Assembly: GCA_964016885.1 (NCBI GenBank) | Contig: OZ024753.1 | Coordinates: 12,586,001 to 12,650,000 of the forward strand | Direction: 5' to 3' | Length of the DNA: 64,000 nucleotides | From: Eledone cirrhosa | Taxonomy: Eukaryota | In this document: positions 11,885-25,139 of the stretch, piece after piece | How positions within the stretch are numbered: position 1 is the stretch's first letter | How the letters are laid out: each line of letters opens with the position of its first letter | The notes under the pieces: model-generated | The model's database searches: none | Seen by the model: the letters and a program-made list of their open reading frames with translations, nothing else | Told to the model about the DNA's origin: nothing | Translations under genes and position numbers: made by a program

Positions 11885-14800
11885 AGTAAGTGCCATACTA
11901 AGAGTGAGAAATGAAATTTCGTTTTCATTTTGTTTCAATTTATCGTTTTCGGTATGCCTGACCGATTTAACTCACTCAATATGCAAATTAGGCTGCTCAG
12001 CCGTTAATTTTCATAAGGAAAGTATAAACTTTCGAACGTTCAACTATCTGGCAGATGGGTAAACGGTGCTGATGATAGCTAACAAGCTTGAAACTAGTAC
12101 ATCGTTCCTGTGTCAGTGTTGAACAAAAAGGTGACGTGGTTGCCTTAACACCGTATGGCATAAATTCAGGCTGTTCAGTTTGTTTACAAACGAACAAAGC
12201 GACGTTATAATAAGCGCCGCTAAACTGATACGTGCATATATGTATGTGTACCTGTATGCATATGTATATATATGTGTATATATATATATATATGTGCATG
12301 CTACTGTACGTCTGTATACATATATGTATGTACGTATACATGCATACTTACATTTAAGTAAGTGCCATACTAAGAGTGAGAAATGAAATTTCGTTTTCAT
12401 TTTGTTTCAATTTATCGTTTTCGGTATGCCTGACCGATTTAACTCACTCAATATGCAAATTAGGCTGCTCAGCCGTTAATTTTCATAAGGAAAGTATAAA
12501 CTTTCGAACGTTCAACTATCTGGCAGATGGGTAAACGGTGCTGATGATAGCTAACAAGCTTGAAACTAGTACATCGTTCCTGTGTCAGTGTTGAACAAAA
12601 AGGTGACGTGGTTGCCTTAACACCGTATGGCATAAATTCAGGCTGTTCAGTTTGTTTACAAACGAACAAAGCGACGTTATAATAAGCGCCGCTAAACTGA
12701 TACGTGCATATATGTATGTGTACCTGTATGCATATGTATATATATGTGTATATATATATATATATGTGCATGCTACTGTACGTCTGTATACATATATGTA
12801 TGTACGTATACATGCATACTTACATTTAAGTAAGTGCCATACTAAGAGTGAGAAATGAAATTTCGTTTTCATTTTGTTTCAATTTATCGTTTTCGGTATG
12901 CCTGACCGATTTAACTCACTCAATATGCAAATTAGGCTGCTCAGCCGTTAATTTTCATAAGGAAAGTATAAACTTTCGAACGTTCAACTATCTGGCAGAT
13001 GGGTAAACGGTGCTGATGATAGCTAACAAGCTTGAAACTAGTACATCGTTCCTGTGTCGGTGTTGAACAAAAAGGTGACGTGGTTGCCTTAACACCGTAT
13101 GGCATAAATTCAGGCTGTTCAGTTTGTTTACAAACGAACAAAGCGACGTTATAATAAGCGCCGCTAAACTGATACGTGCATATATGTATGTGTACCTGTA
13201 TGCATATGTATATATATGTGTATATATATATATATATATGTGCATGCTACTGTACGTCTGTATACATATATGTATGTACGTATACATGCATACTTACATT
13301 TAAGTAAGTGCCATACTAAGAGTGAGAAATGAAATTTCGTTTTCATTTTGTTTCAATTTATCGTTTTCGGTATGCCTGACCGATTTAACTCACTCAATAT
13401 GCAAATTAGGCTGCTCAGCCGTTAATTTTCATAAGGAAAGTATAAACTTTCGAACGTTCAACTATCTGGCAGATGGGTAAACGGTGCTGATGATAGCTAA
13501 CAAGCTTGAAACTAGTACATCGTTCCTGTGTCAGTGTTGAACAAAAAGGTGACGTGGTTGCCTTAACACCGTATGGCATAAATTCAGGCTGTTCAGTTTG
13601 TTTACAAACGAACAAAGCGACGTTATAATAAGCGCCGCTAAACTGATACGTGCATATATGTATGTGTACCTGTATGCATATGTATATATATGTGTATATA
13701 TATATATATATGTGCATGCTACTGTACGTCTGTATACATATATGTATGTACGTATACATGCATACTTACATTTAAGTAAGTGCCATACTAAGAGTGAGAA
13801 ATGAAATTTCGTTTTCATTTTGTTTCAATTTATCGTTTTCGGTATGCCTGACCGATTTAACTCACTCAATATGCAAATTAGGCTGCTCAGCCGTTAATTT
13901 TCATAAGGAAAGTATAAACTTTCGAACGTTCAACTATCTGGCAGATGGGTAAACGGTGCTGATGATAGCTAACAAGCTTGAAACTAGTACATCGTTCCTG
14001 TGTCAGTGTTGAACAAAAAGGTGACGTGGTTGCCTTAACACCGTATGGCATAAATTCAGGCTGTTCAGTTTGTTTACAAACGAACAAAGCGACGTTATAA
14101 TAAGCGCCGCTAAACTGATACGTGCATATATGTATGTGTACCTGTATGCATATGTATATATATGTGTATATATATATATATATGTGCATGCTACTGTACG
14201 TCTGTATACATATATGTATGTACGTATACATGCATACTTACATTTAAGTAAGTGCCATACTAAGAGTGAGAAATGAAATTTCGTTTTCATTTTGTTTCAA
14301 TTTATCGTTTTCGGTATGCCTGACCGATTTAACTCACTCAATATGCAAATTAGGCTGCTCAGCCGTTAATTTTCATAAGGAAAGTATAAACTTTCGAACG
14401 TTCAACTATCTGGCAGATGGGTAAACGGTGCTGATGATAGCTAACAAGCTTGAAACTAGTACATCGTTCCTGTGTCAGTGTTGAACAAAAAGGTGACGTG
14501 GTTGCCTTAACACCGTATGGCATAAATTCAGGCTGTTCAGTTTGTTTACAAACGAACAAAGCGACGTTATAATAAGCGCCGCTAAACTGATACGTGCATA
14601 TATGTATGTGTACCTGTATGCATATGTATATATATGTGTATATATATATATATATATGTGCATGCTACTGTACGTCTGTATACATATATGTATGTACGTA
14701 TACATGCATACTTACATTTAAGTAAGTGCCATACTAAGAGTGAGAAATGAAATTTCGTTTTCATTTTGTTTCAATTTATCGTTTTCGGTATGCCTGACCG

Positions 14801-15661
14801 ATTTAACTCACTCAATATGCAAATTAGGCTGCTCAGCCGTTAATTTTCATAAGGAAAGTATAAACTTTCGAACGTTCAACTATCTGGCAGATGGGTAAAC
14901 GGTGCTGATGATAGCTAACAAGCTTGAAACTAGTACATCGTTCCTGTGTCGGTGTTGAACAAAAAGGTGACGTGGTTGCCTTAACACCGTATGGCATAAA
15001 TTCAGGCTGTTCAGTTTGTTTACAAACGAACAAAGCGACGTTATAATAAGCGCCGCTAAACTGATACGTGCATATATGTATGTGTACCTGTATGCATATG
15101 TATATATATGTGTATATATATATATATATATGTGCATGCTACTGTACGTCTGTATACATATATGTATGTACGTATACATGCATACTTACATTTAAGTAAG
15201 TGCCATACTAAGAGTGAGAAATGAAATTTCGTTTTCATTTTGTTTCAATTTATCGTTTTCGGTATGCCTGACCGATTTAACTCACTCAATATGCAAATTA
15301 GGCTGCTCAGCCGTTAATTTTCATAAGGAAAGTATAAACTTTCGAACGTTCAACTATCTGGCAGATGGGTAAACGGTGCTGATGATAGCTAACAAGCTTG
15401 AAACTAGTACATCGTTCCTGTGTCAGTGTTGAACAAAAAGGTGACGTGGTTGCCTTAACACCGTATGGCATAAATTCAGGCTGTTCAGTTTGTTTACAAA
15501 CGAACAAAGCGACGTTATAATAAGCGCCGCTAAACTGATACGTGCATATATGTATGTGTACCTGTATGCATATGTATATATATGTGTATATATATATATA
15601 TATGTGCATGCTACTGTACGTCTGTATACATATATGTATGTACGTATACATGCATACTTAC

Positions 15662-15665
<4 letters not shown>
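11885..15665 (+). mobile_element. Right arm of hammerhead tandem array: eight 472-474 bp units; putative non-LTR retrozyme
   Basis: CTGATGA cores at 12069, 12541, 13013, 13487, 13959, 14431, 14905, 15379 (spacing 472/474); units differ only in internal (TA)n length and one A/G site. Confidence 0.88.
12062..12106 (+). ncRNA. Minimal type I hammerhead ribozyme (unit R1; same motif in R2-R8)
   Basis: Stem I aacggtg/catcgtt (7 bp, one G-U), CTGATGA 12069-75, stem II agct/agct with aaca loop, GAAAC 12090-94, palindromic ACTAGT, predicted cleavage GTA^ after 12099. Confidence 0.9.
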
Positions 15666-16820
<1,155 letters not shown>

Positions 16821-17153
16821 TCATCATCATCATCATCAACGTTTAACGTCCGTGTTCCACGCTTGCATGGGTTTGGACGGGGGTTTTCCCACTTGAGGCA
16901 AGAGCGATTGTCTTGCTCGCATAGGACTGTCTGGCAGGTTTTCAACAGCTGGATGCCCTTCCTAACACCAACCACATTTACAGTGTGGGGCTGGGAGGTT
17001 TTTACCGTGTTGCCTACACGGCCACATTACAGCGTGGACTGTCTGGCGGGTTTTCTACAGCTGGATGCCCTTCCTAACACCAACCACATTTACAGTGTGG
17101 GGCTGGGAGGTTTTTACCGTGTTGCCTACACGGCCACATTACAGCGTGGACTG
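16821..17153 (-). mobile_element. SINE 3' portion with (ATG)n tail and an internal ~110-bp tandem duplication
   Basis: catcatcat tail followed by ggatgcccttcctaacaccaacca; 16924-17035 is repeated at 17036-17153. Confidence 0.6.
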
Positions 17154-17416
17154 TGTTTTTTGTTGTGACACCTACACGATCTCATTTGTTTCGGCCTGGA
17201 TGTTGTGGCACCAACATAACTTTACATTGAAAGGGGTGGTGTGGATGGGGTGGGGGTGTGTTTAACTTTTGATAACAAACTGCCTGAAAGTGCCCTGGTT
17301 CTATGATACAAAACTGTTTACTTTAAAGAGTTTAAACCTTAGTTATTTATATATATATATTTATAGAATAAGGATAAGCGAAGTAGTTTCAGATGTTCAA
17401 GTCCTTTAATAATAAT

Positions 17417-17490
17417 GCTGTGATATATATTTCAATGACAACACTGGCCACTCTGTTCTGTGTGCGAGTGTCGTGTCATCATCAGACAGC
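17417..17490 (-). ncRNA. Type I hammerhead ribozyme (inverted copy)
   Basis: Reverse complement of 18717-18790 with a few substitutions in stem II. Confidence 0.78.
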
Positions 17491-18716
17491 TTGTTACATA
17501 ATAAGGTTATGTTTCCGAGGCAATCCAAATTGAATCGACATGGGAACGGATGAAGTTCGTACTTTTGGGTTTTTCATCCATTCCCTTGTGAGTACCAATT
17601 CACCTCCACCCTAATAATTTAGCTCCAATTAGTTGAGCGCTCTATGATGTAACCGATATGGTGGAGAAGAGAGGAACCAACCAAGAGCTACCCCGGAAAT
17701 TCCCTCTACCATGGGGATGAAAACCCCTGACACTGGACGGGCATAATAGTTATTTTCGGCAGGATTAATACGCGGAAACAAAAAATAAGATAAACCCCTA
17801 TTTTCCTGCACCAAATCGCATTTGAACAGAAGCCCCCTCAATTCAATCTATACATGGACAGATGGACAATCATATGGATCATTTTGCAGATATGTACTCT
17901 GTGTTTTTGCATTTATTCACTATTGGTTCTGTTCTTTTCTTTTCTTTTGTGTACTTTATGTCTGTTTTTCTTTGATTTTGTTCCATGCGATGGAAATTAT
18001 GACTGTACCAGATTGACTAATGCCTTGAACCCTGTAGTTTGCCCTCCGTTATAATGTACGGCACTGTCGTTCAATATGTGGATAAATTAACTGTGACAAT
18101 AGAATCCCTCTCAGAACTTTTTACTTAAACATCTCTCTCCATATTATTTACTCACTTCAATCTATATTTTTACTCAATCCGAATTATCACTTGAAAAATT
18201 TTTGAATTCCGAATTTTTGAATTTTTGAATTGTTTAATTTATAATCTCTGATATTTGATTTAGGATTTTAATTTTTAAATTTTATTTACAACTCTCACTC
18301 TTAACTTCCAATGTAAAAACATGGTACCTAGAATTAAGTTTATTTTCCCTTATGAGTTGATGGTCAGTCTTGCTGTCAACGCTTAGTGAAAGGTAGTATT
18401 ATGACCTATAAAAACTAACACCCTCCCATCCCCTCTGGCTTTCGGCTGACTGCCACAGTCGTGATGGGTAGCAGTAAACTTTGGTAGGGCATAGGTGGGC
18501 CATTGTTTTGGCTGAGAGGGTGAACTGATAGCCAATTTCGTTGAAATCTGCGGTGGCTAATGGTCAACTTTCTTCGGACATACGCTTGCGCAGACCGGTG
18601 GGGGTGAATTGGTACTCACAAGGGAACGGATGAAAAACCCAAAAGTACGAACTTCATCCGTTCCCATGTCGATTCAATTTGGATTGCCTCGGAAACATAA
18701 CCTTATTATGTAACAA

Positions 18717-18790
18717 GCTGTCTGATGATGACACGACACTCGCACACAGAACAGTGTGGCCAGTGTCGTCATTGAAATATATATCACAGC
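18717..18790 (+). ncRNA. Type I hammerhead ribozyme with long stem II
   Basis: gctgt CTGATGA tgac...gtca tt GAAA tatat ATC^ acagc; stem I gctgt/acagc is perfect. Confidence 0.8.
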
Positions 18791-18809
18791 ATTATTATTA
18801 AAGGACTTA

Positions 18810-19262
18810 GTTGTGCTGGCCATGTCATCCGCATGAGTGACGACAGAATTCCCAAAGACCTCATGTATGGTCAGCCTAGCAGCGGCAACAGGAGCGTTGG
18901 TAGACCATGGCTACGATATAAGGATAAGTTGAAATCAAATCTCACTGCTCTTGCAATCCCTTTCCGTGATTGCGAACACATTGCTGCTGACGGAAAGGAC
19001 TGGAGAGAAAGGTCCCATAGTGCGATCAAAAGCTTTGAATCCAGAGAAATTGCGTGTTGACCGAACAGGGACGAAGCAACGGGACTTGATACCTGCAAGA
19101 CTGTCCATATACTCTTGCTCTTGCGACCTTGGAAAAATTTCTTGCGACCTACGTGGCTTGGACTGTGGCTCAGTGGCGGGAGTGAAATGTCACATGAGAC
19201 ACCGATATCCAGAGAGTTGAACTTTTGTCGAACACTCATACCTTGGATATCGACGGGAGAGT

Positions 19263-19268
<6 letters not shown>
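18810..19268 (+). mobile_element. RTE-clade LINE 3' fragment
   Basis: MSDDRIPKDLMYGQ..G.RSVGRPWLRYKDKLK, homologous to MEDDRIPKQLLYGEL of the RTE at ~25550; ends in (TA)n. Confidence 0.8.
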
Positions 19269-19320
<52 letters not shown>

Positions 19321-19322
<2 letters not shown>

Positions 19323-19475
19323 AACGAGTAGGACCCCGACGGCTGAGCTCAAGCCGTTTCGACGGCTAATTCTCTGAGAATTAGCCGCCGTTCCTATTAC
19401 CCACTCTACTACCCTAAGTATTGAGTACATTGGTGCGTTATGGTCCACCTGGTTCCTTACCACATTTCCTTCGTT
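19321..19475 (-). repeat. Short dispersed fold-back repeat family (further copies ~21838-21955, 42150-42258, 56263-56439, 57735-57800, 58105-58192)
   Basis: Shared ggaaccaggtggaccataacgcacca.agtactcaatacttagggtag and gaccccgacggctgagctcaagccgtttcgacggctaattc; mostly next to (TA)n. Confidence 0.8.
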
Positions 19476-20691
19476 ATATATATATATATATATACATGCA
19501 TATGCAGACTGTTGCCTATATATATATATATATGTGTGTGTGTATGTGTGTATATATAATGTGTTTGTGTGTATAAAGTGAGAGAGAGAGAAAGAGAGAG
19601 ATAGAGAGAGAAGAGAGGGAAATACAGAGTTATAAAGAAAGTGACAACATGATTGTGTTGTGAAATCAATGGAAATGAAATTTTGTTATATCAACTGATG
19701 TTTTATCGTAATATACGCAAATATGAGATAATATTATCATTGGGTATATGTTAGTTTACCTGGAAGTTATTTCACTGTAGTATAAATAGTTTACAGTATC
19801 AATAAGCGTTGTATATTATGTAGCATTAGAAAAAACCTAAAAGCAATCACCCGTTAGTAATATATTCTAAATAACTTTTATGATTATTTTTTTCAGGAAT
19901 GGATATATGAATGAAAGCAGACAATATTGTGGATAGTTTACTTTAGATATTTGTTACAGTAAATAATAAAGTTGTCTATTTGTTTATGAGCACGCATAGC
20001 ACCTAACATCCGTTTCCAGCGGCGATGAGAGCATTGGTGAAAGGAAAGGAAGTGGGGAAAACATACGAAAGATATATGGGAAGAACTGAGTATCCATGCA
20101 CACAATACCTAAATATGTCATTTATAAATATTGACAAAAATCGCATTTACAAATATGTGGCAACGGTTGGAAAGCTATAAACCTATGCAAGGAATGGTTT
20201 GTGCGTCTTTCGAAAGAAATAATGGATTTTGCTTACAAACAGATGAATAGGTTTTAAAGCGTAATGTGTGTGTGTTTTTTTAAAGGAGACAGCTTCTTTC
20301 CATTTCCACAAACGCAATACATAAAATAATCTTCCTTGCAGATATGTAAATTCATGCTAAAGATTATATAGCGGGGATATAAGAATTTGACAAATGATAT
20401 GTACATTTTGTTTGCATATATGTTCAACAATATGCTTTATTAGAAATTCTGTACACAATGAAAGAGAATAATAAAAAAATGAAATTACGTTAAAAACATT
20501 TCTAGCGTATCAAAATACACAAAATTATGCAAAAGTAATGCCTAAAATAAAACCCTAATTTTTTTTCCTTCTTATCACTATCGTTATTTTATTCAAATAG
20601 ATTCTCAGGAAAGTCAGGTTTGTGTGCAAGAATATCAATAGTTCTCTGTTTCTACAACAAAAACTTATACTACAGAGAAACTGTGCTGAAG

Positions 20692-20764
<73 letters not shown>

Positions 20765-21249
20765 CGTTTATATATTTGTTCAGCAAGAATCTTGGAATCA
20801 TGATTTGAAATCGTGTGTTGAACCGATATTGTTATATTTGTGCATGGTTACTTTGCCAATTGAACGCCCACAACATATAACTCTAATTTATCTTTATTCT
20901 TCTGTCAAAGCTCTTTTGTCACACCAATCTCTAACCTCCTCAATGACTACATTACTATTTAATTTCGTCGTTATCATATACATATATATATATATATAGA
21001 GAGAGAGAGATGTACCGCTTCAGCGTTTTGTTGAATGACAATGGAAGAGATATATACTAGTGTTCGTCCACCATAATCGACAATTTTGTGGAAAGATTTC
21101 ACTTCATCTTATTTTCTCTTCTGTACCAACTAGCCACGAATTCACGGTTGAGACAATGAATATTTTCAGGACACAGGAGGGGGTTGTATGTAGGTATCGT
21201 TAACCCTTTAGCACTTACATTACTCTATATATACTATTGTCTTATATAT

Positions 21250-21318
<69 letters not shown>

Positions 21319-21324
<6 letters not shown>

Positions 21325-21690
21325 AGGTGAGTTTTATTGTAGCACTATAAAGCAATGCAAATATCGGATAAGTAGCACTCTACAGTTTGTAGGACTTGAG
21401 TATAAATAATATAAGATCAAAAGATGGTTAAAAGAGTTCCAAATATTTTATTATGCGCATTTCAAAAACAAATATCATCATGGGATGATATCTACGTTTT
21501 CATCAGATGAAATAGGGATACGTGATATGAAGCTTAAAAAACGCTTGTGAATAAAGTGTTTTTAAAGCTTCATATTCTGTATCCCTATTTTATCTCATGA
21601 AAACGCAGATATCATGCCATAATGCTATTTGTTTATGAAATGCGCATAATAAAATATTTGGAACTCTTTTAACCATCTTTTGATCTTATA
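21319..21690. mobile_element. Fold-back pseudo-LTR pair with hammerheads (21446-21512 on -, degenerate 21587-21653 on +)
   Basis: Palindrome centred near 21550; - strand reads tttcat CTGATGA..GAAA tgcgc ATA ataaaa; same family at 49445-49580 and 61099-61785. Confidence 0.75.
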
Positions 21691-22068
21691 TATATATATA
21701 TATGAAAAACAAGGGGAGAAGAATACTGCATGGTTGCACATGGATTACATATTATAAAATTAGTGCCTCATCAGTAATTTGCCAACCATCATTGGTATTT
21801 TATCGCATTAATATATATATATATATATATATATATTAGGAAGGAATTGTGGCAAGGAACCAGATAGACCATAACGCACCAGAGTACTCAATACTTAGGG
21901 TAGTAATAGGAAAAGGTATGACCCCGACGGCAGATCCCAAGCCCTTTCGACGGCTATATATATATGTGTGTGTGTGTGTTAGTGTGTGAGTCCCGGGTTC
22001 AATCGGGGGTGATCGTAGTAAGTAAGATACTGAATACATAGTATGTTATATATAAGATTTAACATAGA

Positions 22069-22171
22069 AATGGCTTTTACAGCGCTAGTACTGTTTCGTT
22101 CGAAGGAAATCACCAGGAAAGCCCTGATGATTTGCTTCGAATGAAACTGTTCTAGCGCAGTAAAAGCCATT
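22069..22171. repeat. Fold-back palindrome of two degenerate hammerhead motifs
   Basis: CTGATGA 22124-30, GAAACTG..CAGTA on +; CTGGTGA..GAAACAG..CTGTA on -; related motif at 50254-50304. Confidence 0.6.
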
Positions 22172-22441
22172 GGATTTTCACCCTGAAACTGGATATAAAC
22201 CCGGAGTTTACCTGAAATTCTACCAGTAAATCTTTTCGTATCACAGAAATTTTCTTTGGTCCTTGTATTCAATTATACCACGACTCTGTATCACTTTTTC
22301 TCTACTATAATCTTCTTACACCACCTTCTCCCCCGTCTAATTTTCACTCCCACCCACTACCTTCAACATGCCCAATCTCAAATCTTTTCTCCGCCAATTA
22401 CATCCCACCCGTCCCTTCAATCTATCTCATTCCTCATTCTT

Positions 22442-22477
22442 TCTTCTGATGAAAGACTAGCGTCCGAAACGTTGAGA
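22442..22477 (+). ncRNA. Minimal hammerhead ribozyme in a Penelope-type pseudo-LTR remnant
   Basis: tctt CTGATGA aagac tagc gtcc GAAAC GTT^ gaga; palindromic AACGTT; element ends in (CA)n at 22565. Confidence 0.65.
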
Positions 22478-22564
22478 CCAACTTCCCGCTTCTACAAGCG
22501 TTAACCTCATATATTCCTTCCATAACTGTACCGATTGTGTTGTTATTTCTGTTTACCTTTTACA

Positions 22565-22702
<138 letters not shown>

Positions 22703-23719
22703 GGCAGGTTCATTCTTGATATTATTATTAAAATATACATCTTAAATCATCCTCTCTTATCATATTGATGTGTTTTTAAATATAATTTGGTGTAAAACAT
22801 ACATTTGTCATGTAAAAGAAGACAACTGTAAATGAAATTAATTAATATTTACAATACAAAGATAGTGAATTAAATGTAAAGAATATTTAAGTGATAGTTA
22901 TTGATATATTGAGATGAGAATGTGTTGTTCTCGCTTTTAAGTGACATATGTTATTATATATTAAATATAGTTGTTCTTGCTTTTAAGTAATATGTTATTA
23001 AATGGGGTCGTCAGGTATGGAATTTGTAGAAAGCTGTTTTCTTTTTACAAAAGTCTACAAGTGTCATACTTGACGACGCAATATATGAAGTATATACATT
23101 TCAATAATTGTGCTCAGAATATCAGAGATGAATTCTGGTTTAAGTATTCATTAAAAAAAATCTTGATTGATAACATGTGCCTATTGATTGGTGTTAATGT
23201 GTCACTGGAAAGTGAACCGGAGCGTATGTCCAATTAATTATATTTAAAACTCAATATTTATAGCGAGGGCTTTAGACCGCCTAGTCAAATGGATAAACAC
23301 CAGCAATATCGATGACTACGCTAGTTTACAGAGATTATGTGAGAATGACTGAAATAACAACTAATAGAATCAGCAATACAGTTCAGAAAGATTACTTGAG
23401 AGATAGAGAGAGAGGGGGGAGAAAGAAAGTGTGAGAGAGAGTGGGAGAAAGAGATGGAGCAAGATAGAGAAAGAAAGAGGAAGAGAGAGGGAGGAGAAGA
23501 GAAAGAGAGAGAATGAAAGTAGTAGAGAGAAAGAAAGAAAGAAAAGGAAAGAGAAGGAGAGAGGAAGAGACTGAAATAGAAAAAGAGAGGGTTAAAACAA
23601 GGGTTAAAACGATGAAAGGAGTATGAAATAATCTTGAGTTACAAGGACATAAAGAATAGTTTATAATTTAACCATAATTCCGAGACAAAAGTTGGAACAA
23701 TGTATTGATAGAGACAGCT

Positions 23720-24730
23720 GACTATGGTCATTGGAACAATTTGACTGCCTCGTGTGTCTCAAGACATGGGATGTATTGGTGGAAGCTTATGATCGTGCTC
23801 CTTGGGACACTTTGACTGCCTCGTGTGTCTCAAGACATGGGATGTATTGGTGGAAGCTTATGATCGTCCTCATTGGAACAATTTGACTGCCTCGTGTGTC
23901 TCAAGACATGGGATGTATTGGTGGAAGCTTATGATCGTGCTCCTTGGAACACTTTGACTGCCTCGTGTGTCTCAAGACATGGGATGTATTGGTGGAAGCT
24001 TATGATCGTGCTCCTTGGAACACTTTGACTGCCTCGTGTGTCTCAAGACATGGCATGTATTGGTGGAAGCTTATGATCGTGCTCCTTGGAACACTTTGAC
24101 TGCCTCGTGTGTCTCAAGACATGGGATGTATTGGTGGAAGCTTATGATCGTGCTCCTTGGAACACTTTGACTGCCTCGTGTGTTTCAAGACGTGATGTAG
24201 CATTCAAAGTGTTCCAATGACCACGATCATAAGATCGTGGTCATTGGAACACGTTGACTCCCTCAGGTGTCTCAAGACATGGGATGTATTGGTGGAAGCT
24301 TATGATCGTGGTCATTGGAGCACTTTGATTGCCTCATAATTCAAGATGTAGGATGTATTGATAAGATACAACTGACCGTTGTCCTTGGAGCACTTTGGCT
24401 GACTCTTCTGTCTCAAGACGTGGGATGTATTGATAAGATGCAACTGACCGTAGTCATTGGAACTCTTTGACTGCTCCATGTGTCTCAAGACGTGAGCTGC
24501 ATTGATAAGATGCAACTGACCGTTGTCCTTGGAATACTTTGGCTGGCCCTTGTATCATAGGACTCGGGAGCTTCTAACTCTAAGTGAAGTTGAAACTACG
24601 TATTAATAGATGCAACTGACCACAGTCATTAGAGAATTTTGGCGGCCTCTGGTGTCTCAAGACGTGGGATGTATTGATAGATGCAATTGACCGTGGTCAT
24701 TGGAGTACTTAGGTTGCCTCAGGCCTCTCA
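23720..24730. repeat. 71-bp minisatellite: ~7 homogeneous units, then a short inversion, then ~7 diverged units
   Basis: Unit start ttgg(a/g)aca at 23731, 23802, 23873, 23944, 24015, 24086, 24157. Confidence 0.92.
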
Positions 24731-24899
24731 TGACGAAGGAGCTTCTAATTCCAAGTCGTTAGCATTGACAAAAGCTGATGTTATACAAGTAGTTTATTGA
24801 TTGAACTAGCTAGCATCTAGACATGCCTTATATATGCAAATTGCTTTAACGAATATAATTAACTCATTATTAATACTGTGTTATGCACATATACCAATC

Positions 24900-24952
<53 letters not shown>

Positions 24953-25104
24953 GTATATATATTATATATCCGTACACACCACAAACGCACTCATACACAC
25001 TCATATATATAAATATATATATATTCATATATTCATATATGTATATATTATATATATATATATATTTATATATATGTGTGTGTATGGGTTCGTTTGTGGT
25101 GTGT

Positions 25105-25136
<32 letters not shown>

Positions 25137-25139
<3 letters not shown>

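Larger units (their letters stand above)
17399..18809. mobile_element. ~1.4-kb element bounded by ~210-bp inverted repeats, each with a hammerhead (Penelope inverted pseudo-LTR-like)
   Basis: 17399-17610 is the near-perfect reverse complement of 18597-18809. Confidence 0.75.

Noticed and set aside
11885-12356. Array unit as an snRNA, SL RNA or 5S gene repeat because of the octamer
   Set aside because: No recognisable U-snRNA, SL or 5S sequence or canonical Sm site; the hammerhead explains the unit better
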